Origin: a virus
Lineage: Duplodnaviria; Caudoviricetes
Virus record (IMG/VR): IMGVR_UViG_3300017648_000014
Span: 1-27,327 of that record
DNA: 27,327 bases
Direction: 5' to 3' (one strand)
In this document: positions 8,133-17,627 of the stretch, piece by piece
How the letters are laid out: each line of letters opens with the position of its first letter
Position numbering within the stretch: position 1 is the stretch's first letter
Position numbers and translations under genes: made by a program
The notes under the pieces: generated by a model
Database searches by the model: none
What the model saw: the letters and a program-made list of their open reading frames with translations, nothing else
What the model was told of the DNA's origin: nothing

Positions 8133-8969
8133 ATGAGCGACGAAACTACGCTGGCGGAAGCGCCGGGCGACGAACCTATTGTGAATTTGGATCAGCCCGA
8201 AACGCCAGCGGCGGACGCCGGGGCAGAGGTTGAGGCCAAGACGGAAGAAGTGGAGAAGCCGGAAGGCGCTGGCGATGAAGCCGGTGACGAGGGCCAATCC
8301 GGTGACGACAAGCCGAAGAAGCTATCCGGGTCGCGTCGCGAGCGGCTGCGGAATGAGCAGTTGCGGCGAGAGAACGAAGAATTGCGGTCCCGAATGGACG
8401 CGCTGGAACGCCGGTCACAGGCTGGCGACAGCGAGGATAAGGAGCCGCAAGAGGCCGACTTCAACGGCGATATCTTCAAATTCGAGCGCGAATGGAACGC
8501 TTGGAACACTCGAAAGATTGTCCGCGAAGATCGGCAGCGTGACCAGCAGTCGCGCAGTCAAGCAGCTCAGGCCGACCAGATTCGCGAGATGGTCGTGGCC
8601 CATGCTGACCGCGTTGAGGAGGCGCGGGAGAAGATTGACGACTACGACAAGGTGCTGGCCTCCGCAAAGGTGCCGGTCACGGACGAAGTTGGTCGTGAAA
8701 TTCTGTCTTCCGACAAGAGCGCGTTGCTCTCGTATTACCTCGCGAAGAACCCCGACAAATTGCAGGCGCTGAACGAAATGTCCGGCAGTAAGCTGGCCCG
8801 CGAAATCGGCCGGCTGGAAGGCATGGTTCGAATGCCTGCATCCAACCAGAAAACCAACGCTCCCGCACCAATCACGTCGCTCAAGGGCGGTGCCGCACCG
8901 GCATTCGACCCGGCGAAGTCGTCAATGGACGACTACATCGCCAAGCGAAAAGCGGGTTGGAACGGCTAG
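8133..8969 (+). CDS. Scaffolding protein
   Basis: Between portal and coat. Acidic N-terminus, coiled coil, YYLAKNP, AREIGRLE, APAPI..L.G and C-terminal SMDDYIAKRK. Confidence 0.85.
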   Translation: MSDETTLAEAPGDEPIVNLDQPETPAADAGAEVEAKTEEVEKPEGAGDEAGDEGQSGDDKPKKLSGSRRERLRNEQLRRENEELRSRMDALERRSQAGDSEDKEPQEADFNGDIFKFEREWNAWNTRKIVREDRQRDQQSRSQAAQADQIREMVVAHADRVEEAREKIDDYDKVLASAKVPVTDEVGREILSSDKSALLSYYLAKNPDKLQALNEMSGSKLAREIGRLEGMVRMPASNQKTNAPAPITSLKGGAAPAFDPAKSSMDDYIAKRKAGWNG

Positions 8970-9059
8970 AGCGATCCAATCACCTGAATTGCCCGTCGTG
9001 ATGACGCGCATTCCCCGTGCGGCACGCAGTGATGCGCCCCGCCAGAAGGATACCTATCC

Positions 9060-10313
9060 ATGGCTACCAATACGACTCTGACCGCCGATATCATCGCGCG
9101 TGAGGCGCTGATGCATCTCGACAACAATCTCGTGTTCGCGAAACAGGTCTATCGCGGCTACGAGAATGAGTTCTCGAAGAAGGTCAACGGTTACGAAGTG
9201 GGTGAAACCATTTCGATCCGCCGCCCGACCGACTTCACGGTCCGCACCAATGCCACCATGGCAACGCAGGACGTGACTGAAGGTAAGGTTGCGCTGACCG
9301 TTGACCAGCGGCGTGGTGTGGACTTCGAGTTCACCTCGCAGGATCTCACCCTCAAGATTGGCGAACTCGGTGAACGTGTCATCAAGCCGGCAATGATCCA
9401 GCTTGCCAACTCGGTCGATTCCTATCTTGCGGGGCTATATTCCAGCGTCCCGAACTGGGTTGGCACTTCGACCAAGAAAATCGGCAGCTATGCCGACTTC
9501 GCGAAGGCCCCGGAACGCCTCGACGAACTGGCTGTTCCTGCCGATCGCTCGGCCATCCTGTCGCCTGCTGATCATTGGGCGCTGCTTGGCTCGCAGACGG
9601 CGCTCTACATGCAGGACGTTGCCAAGGGCGCTTATCGCAAGGGCTCGCTGGGTGAGATCGGCGGCGTGGATACGTTCATGTCTCAGAACGTGCTCACTCA
9701 TACGGCGGGCACGCGTACCGACGCGGCGGTTGATCAATCGATCACATCGGCCACCACTGCTTACATCGATGTCAAGGACACGATGACGCAGACCATTCAC
9801 ATGGATGGCCTCGGCACGAACAAGACAGTGAAGAAGGGCGACGTATTCACCATTGCCGACGTGTACGCCGTCAATCCGGTGACCAAGGCCCCGCTGCCGT
9901 TCCTCAAGCAGTTCGTCGTGGTGTCCGACGTCTCGTCCGACGCGGTGACGACGGGTGACGCTGACGTGGTGGTCTATCCGGCCTTGATCTGGTCCGGCGC
10001 GTTCCAGAACGTGGCGGTGAAAGCTGGCGTGACCGATATCAACGACAAGGCCGTTGTCTGGCAGTCGGCGGCCGGTGCTCAGGATCGCCAGAACCTCGTG
10101 TTCCACAAGAACGCGTTTGCTCTGGTCATGGTGCCTCTGGTCAAGCCGCCGGGCGCTGTTGACGTGTCGCGTCAGTCCTACAAGGGCACCAGCGTTCGCG
10201 TGATCCCGGTCTACGATGGCACGAACGATGTATCCAAATGGCGTCTGGATATCCTGTTCGGCGGCAAAGCCATCGATCCGCGTCTTGCGACTCGCGTCAA
10301 CGGCTCCGCGTAA
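9060..10313 (+). CDS. P22 gp5-like major capsid protein
   Basis: MATNT.LT..II.REAL..L.NNL, GETISIRRP, NLVFHKNAFAL..VPL and RLDILFG motifs; AGAAGGA SD. Confidence 0.93.
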   Translation: MATNTTLTADIIAREALMHLDNNLVFAKQVYRGYENEFSKKVNGYEVGETISIRRPTDFTVRTNATMATQDVTEGKVALTVDQRRGVDFEFTSQDLTLKIGELGERVIKPAMIQLANSVDSYLAGLYSSVPNWVGTSTKKIGSYADFAKAPERLDELAVPADRSAILSPADHWALLGSQTALYMQDVAKGAYRKGSLGEIGGVDTFMSQNVLTHTAGTRTDAAVDQSITSATTAYIDVKDTMTQTIHMDGLGTNKTVKKGDVFTIADVYAVNPVTKAPLPFLKQFVVVSDVSSDAVTTGDADVVVYPALIWSGAFQNVAVKAGVTDINDKAVVWQSAAGAQDRQNLVFHKNAFALVMVPLVKPPGAVDVSRQSYKGTSVRVIPVYDGTNDVSKWRLDILFGGKAIDPRLATRVNGSA

Positions 10314-10330
10314 CCCTCCCTGAAAGCACT

Positions 10331-10360
10331 GCGGCGGCCTACGGGCCGTCGCTCTATTCT
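10331..10360 (+). terminator. Hairpin or weak terminator after the coat gene
   Basis: GCGGCGGCC-TACG-GGCCGTCGC followed by an imperfect T-tract TCTATTCT. Confidence 0.6.
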
Positions 10361-10371
10361 AGAGGTGATGC

Positions 10372-10761
10372 ATGGGAAAGACGCGATCCGAGCTAATCGG
10401 AAAGGTTTTATCGAATCTTGGTCTTGGCAACGATACGCCGGCCGCAGAGGACATGGCCAAGGTTGATCGCGTCATCAACGATGTATGCGTATCTCTCAGA
10501 TTGCGCCGCGTCTACACGGTTAGCAACCCAGGAAGTGTAGGACCGGCCGGAGGGGATATTCGGCCCGAAGAATTCCAGCAGTTGGCGGCCATTGTAACCG
10601 CAGCGGTTGCTCAGGAATTTGACGACGCGGATACAAAATATGTCGCACTCGCAAGTCAGGCCGAAGAAGAATTGAAGCTGATCGCTTCGCCATCGCGGAC
10701 GCGCCGACATCTTCGCATTGATCCCGCGCTGCTGCCGCACCGTCGTTATGGGGCCTATTGA
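10372..10761 (+). CDS. Head-tail adaptor (P22 gp4-like)
   Basis: Position after coat; T..ELI..VL..LG...AED N-terminal pattern; GAGGTG SD. Confidence 0.7.
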   Translation: MGKTRSELIGKVLSNLGLGNDTPAAEDMAKVDRVINDVCVSLRLRRVYTVSNPGSVGPAGGDIRPEEFQQLAAIVTAAVAQEFDDADTKYVALASQAEEELKLIASPSRTRRHLRIDPALLPHRRYGAY

Positions 10762-12176
10762 TGGTCCCCATCGCTCTCCCCAAATCCACGTTCCCCGGCA
10801 ACCGCCCGCAGGAGTCGCGTGGCATTCTTGTGAACTGCTATGCGGAGCCCGATGGCGAGGAGGGCGATCTGCGAATAGTGCGGGACGCTGGCTTGACGCT
10901 ATTCGGAACAAATCTCGGTGGTGAGTTTCGCGGAGCAATCGCGGTGCCAGGCTCGGTCTATGCCGTGGTGGGCACCAAGGTCTTCCAATACTCGCAGGCG
11001 GGCGGTGCTGGCGTTCAGTTGACTGGCAACTTGCCGGGGTCTGGCCCGGTATTCATGGCGCGCAATAACGCGATAGTGCCTGATATTGTCGTCGTCGCAC
11101 CCGGTGATGGCGCATTTATCATCGCGGCCGGTGCAGTTTCGGCTTATCCAGATACGGACGTTGGGCAACCTAACTCTGTTTGCACGTTCAAGTCGTTCTT
11201 CATCTTCTCGTATGGTGACGGGACGATGCGATCCACGAGCCCGAACTCGACGGACATCAACACGCTGGATTATGCAACTGCGGAATATCGGCCGGACGCG
11301 CTATCTCGCGTTGTACCGGCTGGCGGCGTGTTACTGGCGTTCGGCTCTTCTTCCATCGAAGTATGGGGCGGCTCTGTTAACGATCCGCCGGGCTTCCCGT
11401 TCTCATTCATGCAAGGTATCGATCGCGGCTTGATCGGCCCTAATGCGCTCTCAGGCCATCAAGACGGATTTGGCGGCGGCATTATCTTCGTTGGCGACGA
11501 TTTCGGCGTCTATCAGTTCGCGAGCGGGGCACCGAACAAGATCAGTCCGCCCGATCTGGACCGGCTCATTCAGAACGTCGCGGACAAGACGAAGATTGAA
11601 GTTCTGACCTACGGCGCGCGCGGCCATCTGCTCGCGGTCGTACAGTGCGACGAGTGGTCATGGAGCTTCGATCTAAACACGCAGAAATGGCACGTCAAGC
11701 GCAGCCATCTGAATAAGCGTTGGCGCGGTACGCAGGCTGTTCAAGCATTCGGGAAATGGATCGTTGGGGACCGGACAACCGGTCATCTTGGATATATCGA
11801 TTCCGATGCGCGGACAGAGTATGACCAGCCGCTTCGCTACAGCCTAGAAACGGCCCCACAGCGCAAGTTTCCGTCTCGCATGCGGATTAACCGGGTGTTT
11901 GTTTACGCGACCGTTGGAGCCGGCATCGCGACTGGTGCCGATCCTATCGAGACTGATCCGACCATTGAAATTGAGGTTTCGGGCGACGGCGGCCTGACGT
12001 GGTGCATTCCGCGCCAGTGCAAGATCGGACGGCAGGCCATAGGGCGACAATCGATCGCTGCGAACAATTTCGGCCATGCGACGGGGCAGGGTTTCCGGGT
12101 TCGTCTGTCTGTTGCTGATCCAGTTGACGTGTCGATCATGGGCGCTGCCGCAGAGGTGAGGGAGCTTCGGCCGTGA
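10761..12176 (+). CDS. DNA stabilization/tail hub protein (P22 gp10-like)
   Basis: ~471 aa beta-rich protein. ATAE..PD, FGSSSIEVW, S.DGG.TW and IG..G motifs; TGATG overlap. Confidence 0.88.
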   Translation: MVPIALPKSTFPGNRPQESRGILVNCYAEPDGEEGDLRIVRDAGLTLFGTNLGGEFRGAIAVPGSVYAVVGTKVFQYSQAGGAGVQLTGNLPGSGPVFMARNNAIVPDIVVVAPGDGAFIIAAGAVSAYPDTDVGQPNSVCTFKSFFIFSYGDGTMRSTSPNSTDINTLDYATAEYRPDALSRVVPAGGVLLAFGSSSIEVWGGSVNDPPGFPFSFMQGIDRGLIGPNALSGHQDGFGGGIIFVGDDFGVYQFASGAPNKISPPDLDRLIQNVADKTKIEVLTYGARGHLLAVVQCDEWSWSFDLNTQKWHVKRSHLNKRWRGTQAVQAFGKWIVGDRTTGHLGYIDSDARTEYDQPLRYSLETAPQRKFPSRMRINRVFVYATVGAGIATGADPIETDPTIEIEVSGDGGLTWCIPRQCKIGRQAIGRQSIAANNFGHATGQGFRVRLSVADPVDVSIMGAAAEVRELRP

Positions 12177-13021
12177 GCAAGCCACGTCCAATCCCGACTG
12201 CCGATCAGCCGTGGTTCGGACCTGACGGCAAGCCGCGCGTCTATGATTATTTGTTTGACCTCGATAGGGCGGCCCGCAAAAGCTATGATCCTGTCGTCGT
12301 TGTCTGGTCCGATATAGAGGACAAGCCGTCTTCTTTCCCGCCGAGCGCGCACGGACACGAACAATCCGATATTGTCGGTCTCGCGCCCTCTTTGGCCGGT
12401 AAGCAGCCGCTCAATAGTAATCTGACTGATATTTCAGGTCTGACAACGACGCCGTATGGCCGGGGGCTGTTAACTCAAGCTGACGCTTTATCGTTGCGCG
12501 GCGTTGCTGGGCTTATAATTGGTACGGACGTTGCGCCTCAATCGCACGTAGGGGCTGGAGGAGCGGCGCACGCAAACGCCGTGGCTTCTGGTGCTGCGGG
12601 CTTTATGACCGGTGCCGATAAGGCAAAGTTGGACGGCGTATCATCAGGTGCTGATGTAACTGCGGCGTCATTCGGCGCGTGGACCGCATACACGCCGACA
12701 GTATCGGCAGGGTCCGGGTCGTTTACGTCTGTCTCGTCCAATGGTGCTTACCGCCAGATCGGCAAGACCGTTTTCGTTCGTCTTGGCGTAATCATCACCA
12801 CCAACGGGACTGCTGCATCATATATCAATGCGACACTTCCGGTTGCCGGAAAATCTGGTGTGAATCAGGTCCTGTTTGGTTCTGAAACTTATTCGACCGC
12901 AAAATCAATGCAGGGCGGAATCGTCGGGAACATTGTTCGCATTCGAGATGCTGTTGATCTCTCTTATCCCGGCGCTAATGGGCGCGGGATTTTTCTGAAC
13001 GGCGTTTACGAGGCGGATTAG
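12173..13021 (+). CDS. Tail needle-position (gp26) fibre-like protein
   Basis: After gp10 (GTGA overlap). WSDIEDKPSSFPPSAHGH, GFMTGADKAKLDG and WTAYTPT..G.Y.QIGKTV fibre-type motifs. Confidence 0.65.
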   Translation: MSKPRPIPTADQPWFGPDGKPRVYDYLFDLDRAARKSYDPVVVVWSDIEDKPSSFPPSAHGHEQSDIVGLAPSLAGKQPLNSNLTDISGLTTTPYGRGLLTQADALSLRGVAGLIIGTDVAPQSHVGAGGAAHANAVASGAAGFMTGADKAKLDGVSSGADVTAASFGAWTAYTPTVSAGSGSFTSVSSNGAYRQIGKTVFVRLGVIITTNGTAASYINATLPVAGKSGVNQVLFGSETYSTAKSMQGGIVGNIVRIRDAVDLSYPGANGRGIFLNGVYEAD

Positions 13022-13041
13022 CCGGTTAGCGAGGTTTTCCG

Positions 13042-13710
13042 ATGGGACTTTTCGATATTTTCACAGGCGATGCTGCGAAGAAGGCGGCAGAGGAAAACTC
13101 CGGCCGTCTCACCAGCCTCAACTCGCTGGGCACCGATCTTTACGGGACGGCCTATCGCGGCGCGAAGGGAAACCTCACGTCGGCGCTTGGCGAGTACCAG
13201 CCGCTTGCCGATCTTGCTTGGCAGCAGGGGCGGGGCTCGCAACTTTATCTCGACGCGCTCGGGGTGAACGGTGCAGATGGTACAGCGCGGGCCCAATCTG
13301 CATTCACGACAAGCCCCGGCTATCAGTTCAATCTCGATCAGGGGCTGGCTGCGTTGAATCGTCGTCGTGCGGCTGGCGGCATGCTGAACTCTGGCAACGC
13401 GGATGCGGATGCTATCAAGTTCGGCAGCGGACTTGCGAGCGGTGAATATAACAACTGGCTGAACAATTTGTCTGGACTGAATACGAATGCGATCAACGCA
13501 ACTGGAGCCGTCGCGGCGGGCAAAGCTGGCGTCTATGGCAATCTCGCCAATCTTGATCAGTTGAATGCCAACAATCTCGTCGGGCTGAACAAGTACACGA
13601 CCGAAGGGCTCAACAGCCAAACGACGCAGAAAGCGAACGCTGAAACGGCGGCATCCGGCAATATCTTTAACTTCGGCATGAACCTCGCCAAGTTGGGCGC
13701 GGGGCTCTGA
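13042..13710 (+). CDS. DNA ejection protein, gp7-like
   Basis: F.TSPGYQF.LDQG..A..R.AAGG.L.SG motif; G/A/N-rich. Confidence 0.8.
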   Translation: MGLFDIFTGDAAKKAAEENSGRLTSLNSLGTDLYGTAYRGAKGNLTSALGEYQPLADLAWQQGRGSQLYLDALGVNGADGTARAQSAFTTSPGYQFNLDQGLAALNRRRAAGGMLNSGNADADAIKFGSGLASGEYNNWLNNLSGLNTNAINATGAVAAGKAGVYGNLANLDQLNANNLVGLNKYTTEGLNSQTTQKANAETAASGNIFNFGMNLAKLGAGL

Positions 13711-13719
13711 GGTCGCGCC

Positions 13720-15297
13720 ATGGCTGAACTCACCGTACCGATGCTCAACTTTTCAACGTTGGGCGATCTCGGTAACGTCTATCGCGAAGCTCAGAACCGG
13801 CGCACGTTGGCCGATCTTGGGAAGGGATTGGCGGACGGGACACTGGATTATCGCCAGGCCGCCGGCCGAATTGCTTCTACTGGAAGCCTTGGCGGTGTGG
13901 TGTCTCTGCTGCAATTGGCAGAGGCCAAGGACAAACTGGCGCGTGGAGAGATAGCGGCGCAACAGTTCGCTTCTCTCATTACAGGACAACCGGGTGGCGC
14001 ATCTTCTTCGACGGCTTCTCCGGTCGCAGCCGGGCCGACCATTCCGAACGACGCCAACGCATTCCCAGGGCAGGCCGGGATGGACGCGCGTCTTGCAGAC
14101 CGGTCGCAGGATTTCATTCAGGACAATCCCGGCACATATCTTTCGAGCGGCGTTCGTTCGACGGCCGATCAGGCGCGGCTCTATGCCGACCGCGCGAACA
14201 ATCCGAACCCTGTTGCCGTCCCGGGTACCTCCCGCCATGAGCGCGGCCTTGCAGTCGATATCGGCGGCATGACGCCAGATCAGCGCGCGATGCTGCCACA
14301 GTACGGATTGGCGCAACCGGTCGCTAACGATCCGCCGCATGTCGAGTTGGCGGACACGCGACTTGCGAGCAACGATCCCGCCGCGCTGCCTGTAAACGCT
14401 GGGCAAGGAGCAGAGCCGAATGGCATTAGCCAGCGCGCCGTGCAGCTTATCCGCGCGCTGTCGATTCCCGGAATTTCGGCCACACAGAAAGAGATTGGCG
14501 GGAAGTTGCTGGCGGCTGAACTCGATCAGAGCAAATTGCCGGATCAGGTGAAGCAGTACGTCTACGCCAAAGCGCAGGGCTACAACGGCTCTTATATGGA
14601 TTTCCGTAAGGAATTGGCCGCCGCCGGCAAGACGGAAGTAAACATCAACCAAACCGGCGAAAAGGAATACGAGAAACAGAGCGCTAAAGAATTTGCGGAG
14701 ATGAACCGCAAGTTGATCGAAGGTGCTCAATCTGCACGCATGAAAGTGAGTGTCCTAACTCGCATGGGTGACCTTCTCAATGATCCAAACCTTTACACCG
14801 GGGCGGGTGGTGAGAAAGTCCTGACTGCAAAGCGCCTTGCGAAAGCTATCGGTGTCGATGTCGGCGATACTTCGAGCGGCGAGGCGATGCGTGCCATCGG
14901 TAACCAGTTCGCGCTTGAGCTTCGAAACCCGTCCGGCGGGGCCGGTATGCCGGGTGCACTATCGGACAAGGACCGCGAGTTCTTGCAGGCGAGTGTCCCC
15001 GGGCTTGAACAATCGCGCGAGGGCAACGCCAAGATCATCGATTATATGAAGCGCGTAGCGCAGCGCTCGATAGATGTGGAACGGCTCCGTCAGGATTACG
15101 TCAAGGAGAATGGCCGGCTGAACGAAGGCTTCTACCGAAAGCTGGCCGACTATGCCGACAAGAATCCGCTTTTCCCGGAGGCCAATCAACAGCCCGCGCC
15201 ATCCGCACCGCCGGTGCAGGGGGCTCGACAAGCCCCTGACGGCAAGTTCTACGTCCCCGATCCGAACCGCCCCGGCAAATATCTACAGGTCCAATGA
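13720..15297 (+). CDS. DNA ejection protein, gp20 position, with internal M15-type peptidoglycan peptidase domain
   Basis: SG.RS..DQ..LY...PG.S.H..G.AVD...D.PHVEL at ~14137-14349; C-terminal GALSDKDREFL..SVP.L domain. Confidence 0.75.
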   Translation: MAELTVPMLNFSTLGDLGNVYREAQNRRTLADLGKGLADGTLDYRQAAGRIASTGSLGGVVSLLQLAEAKDKLARGEIAAQQFASLITGQPGGASSSTASPVAAGPTIPNDANAFPGQAGMDARLADRSQDFIQDNPGTYLSSGVRSTADQARLYADRANNPNPVAVPGTSRHERGLAVDIGGMTPDQRAMLPQYGLAQPVANDPPHVELADTRLASNDPAALPVNAGQGAEPNGISQRAVQLIRALSIPGISATQKEIGGKLLAAELDQSKLPDQVKQYVYAKAQGYNGSYMDFRKELAAAGKTEVNINQTGEKEYEKQSAKEFAEMNRKLIEGAQSARMKVSVLTRMGDLLNDPNLYTGAGGEKVLTAKRLAKAIGVDVGDTSSGEAMRAIGNQFALELRNPSGGAGMPGALSDKDREFLQASVPGLEQSREGNAKIIDYMKRVAQRSIDVERLRQDYVKENGRLNEGFYRKLADYADKNPLFPEANQQPAPSAPPVQGARQAPDGKFYVPDPNRPGKYLQVQ

Positions 15298-17423
15298 TGC
15301 CGACATTTACGCCGGTCGATTTTGATCCGTTTGCCGCGCCGCCGAGCGGGGGGGTGCCGGTACAGCGCGCCGAAGTGCCAGAAGGTGTGACGCGCGTAAC
15401 GGTCAACGCGCCGGGGCCTAAGTTGGTGCCTGTTGATCATGACCCGTTTGCGGGCAGCGCACCGTCTAGCATTTACGATCAGGCCGCAGACATCGCCAAG
15501 GGTTTCGGCGGCGGTCTGATCCGTGGCGCGGCTGGCACTATTGGGTTGGTGACGGATACGATTCCCGGTTGGCTTAATGACTTGTCGGATTTCGCGACAG
15601 AGAAGCTGACTGGAGAAACTTCGGAAGAAAAAAGAGCGCGTGTTGCAGAACGCCGAAAAAACGTGATGTTTCCCGGTATTGCCGATGCGATAAGTACGAA
15701 GGGCATCCAGAGCGGTATCGAGCAAGTGACCGGTCCGGCCTATGTGCCGCAAACCCGCGCCGGAAAATTTGCGAGCACGGCAGGCGAGTTCGTCCCGGCC
15801 TCCTTGATCGGTGGGGTGCCGAACATGGCGCGCAACGCGGTGGCCTACGGCATCGTCCCCGGCCTTGTCTCGGAAGGCGCGGGGCAGCTTACGGAAGGTT
15901 CTGCACTGGAAGGCCCCGCGCGTGTCGCTGGTGGACTCGTTGGGGGGCTCGGTAGCGCGGCGGCTATGCGGAGTGGTGTTGCGGGCAACATGATTCGCAA
16001 CGCTGTGGATGGGGCTACGCCTCAGCAAATCGAGGCGGCGGAACAACTGTTCCAGCGTGCGGCACAGGCAGGGCAACCGATCAGCCGCGCGGAAGCATTG
16101 CAGGCTGTCACCAACGGCAGCACCGGCATCGGAGATTTGCAGCATACCGTCGAAGGCATGGGCGGGATGAAGCAGTTTTATGCCCAGCGACCGGCGCAGA
16201 ACGAGACGGCAGCGCGTCAGGCGTTCGACGGCATCGCCCCGCAGTCTGTTGACCCGTCGCAACTTGGCCCCGCCATTGGCGGTCACGCCGAGCGTATCGT
16301 GACGGACGTGCGCCAAGCGATCAACCGCGCCACGCGGCCGATGTATGACGCCGCTGGACAGCACCTTGTCCCACAGCAAATTCATGCTGCGATGATGGCC
16401 GATCCGTTGTTCGCTCAGACGGTCGATGCAATCCGCCGTGACCCAGCGTTGAATGCGGTGGTGCGGGCTGCCAGTGACCGATCCGTCAGGATGTATGACG
16501 AGGTTGCAAAGCAGCTTGAACAGCGTTCGCGCAATGCGGGCCAGCCGCTTAACCCGCAGGCCAATCAAACGGTGTCGGCGGTTACGGGCAGTCTTGGCGG
16601 CGATGTGAAGGATATCGCCATTGCGGCAGATCGTGCGGCAGTGAATGGCCCGAGCGCCTATGAGGCGGCGTTGGCAAACCAGGCGCGATATCGCCAGCAG
16701 TATCTAGAGCCGTTACTGAATGGCCCGATTGGCAAGATTGCGGGCCGGGACACGAAAACGCGCGATGCGATCAACGCGCTGTTCCCAGCCAATCCTCTGG
16801 CCGGCAGCGCAGATGAGATTGGCAACGCCGTGAGGGCTTTATCGTCCCGCAGCCCAAATGTCGCGCGCCAGATTGTTCGCGCCCATGCCGAGATGACATT
16901 CAACGAGGCGACACAACGCCTCGCTGGCGGCCCGAACCAATCTGGCGGTGCGAAGTTCGCGGCGATCCTTCGCGGCAATCCGCAGCAGGCCGCAAATCTT
17001 GAGGCAGCGGTACGCGCGCTTCCGAACGGCAATCAGATTTGGCCGGGCTTCAACCGCTTCCTTGAGATTTTGGAGGCTCAACAGTATCGGCAGGCGACTG
17101 GATCGCGGACGGCGTTCAAGGTCCCGGGTGTGGAAGATTTGAAGGGCGGCGGGTTGCTGAACAACGCCGGGCAGATCGTTGCAACGGGGGGCTTCAAGTG
17201 GCCACAGAAAGCGATGCAGGCTATCCAGAATTGGAACGTGGGGCGCAACCTTGATGAGTTGGCACGGCTGCTAACTGATCCGGCGGCCGCTAATCAGTTT
17301 CGGGCCATCGCTGCCGCTCCCCGTGGGAGCAACAAGGCGCTCGCTCTCGCCGCTCGCCTCGCGGTCATGGGTAATAGCGGCGCTCGGGTCGAAAGCCGGC
17401 CCGGCGTTGCGGCGCGACGGTAG
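15294..17423 (+). CDS. DNA ejection protein, gp16 position
   Basis: Third large A/G/Q-rich helical protein with glycine-zipper hydrophobic segments; two PVD.DPFA motifs at the N-terminus. Confidence 0.7.
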   Translation: MMPTFTPVDFDPFAAPPSGGVPVQRAEVPEGVTRVTVNAPGPKLVPVDHDPFAGSAPSSIYDQAADIAKGFGGGLIRGAAGTIGLVTDTIPGWLNDLSDFATEKLTGETSEEKRARVAERRKNVMFPGIADAISTKGIQSGIEQVTGPAYVPQTRAGKFASTAGEFVPASLIGGVPNMARNAVAYGIVPGLVSEGAGQLTEGSALEGPARVAGGLVGGLGSAAAMRSGVAGNMIRNAVDGATPQQIEAAEQLFQRAAQAGQPISRAEALQAVTNGSTGIGDLQHTVEGMGGMKQFYAQRPAQNETAARQAFDGIAPQSVDPSQLGPAIGGHAERIVTDVRQAINRATRPMYDAAGQHLVPQQIHAAMMADPLFAQTVDAIRRDPALNAVVRAASDRSVRMYDEVAKQLEQRSRNAGQPLNPQANQTVSAVTGSLGGDVKDIAIAADRAAVNGPSAYEAALANQARYRQQYLEPLLNGPIGKIAGRDTKTRDAINALFPANPLAGSADEIGNAVRALSSRSPNVARQIVRAHAEMTFNEATQRLAGGPNQSGGAKFAAILRGNPQQAANLEAAVRALPNGNQIWPGFNRFLEILEAQQYRQATGSRTAFKVPGVEDLKGGGLLNNAGQIVATGGFKWPQKAMQAIQNWNVGRNLDELARLLTDPAAANQFRAIAAAPRGSNKALALAARLAVMGNSGARVESRPGVAARR

Positions 17424-17627
17424 GTATCGTCGGGTGAAGGCTATCAGGCGGGGACGAGCATCAATCCAGAGCGCGGTTACTGCGAAAGCTGCGATGACGC
17501 CAACGATAAGGCCAGTTGTGATGTTGGGAGGGCGCTGGTCTGATTCCGCCATCGCGAATTCAAGCCACACACCGCAGCAGACCACGAGAGCCTGAATTAG
17601 CATCCATTTTATGGCGGATCGGTTCAT
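17271..17627 (-). CDS. Two-TM membrane protein (moron; superinfection-exclusion candidate)
   Basis: Two hydrophobic helices (WMLIQALVVCCGVWLEFAM; ITTGLIVGVIAAFAVTALWI). ATGA-coupled to the upstream - strand gene. Confidence 0.7.
   Translation of the reverse strand: MNRSAIKWMLIQALVVCCGVWLEFAMAESDQRPPNITTGLIVGVIAAFAVTALWIDARPRLIAFTRRYLPSRRNAGPAFDPSAAITHDREASGESERLVAPTGSGSDGPKLISGRRIS

Noticed and set aside
15249-16568. 439-aa - strand ORF, plus similar long antisense ORFs (13753-14730, 4752-5498, 9435-10106, 26510-27292)
   Set aside because: These are shadow frames of well-supported genes in GC-rich DNA, with no motifs or SD and Arg-rich composition.
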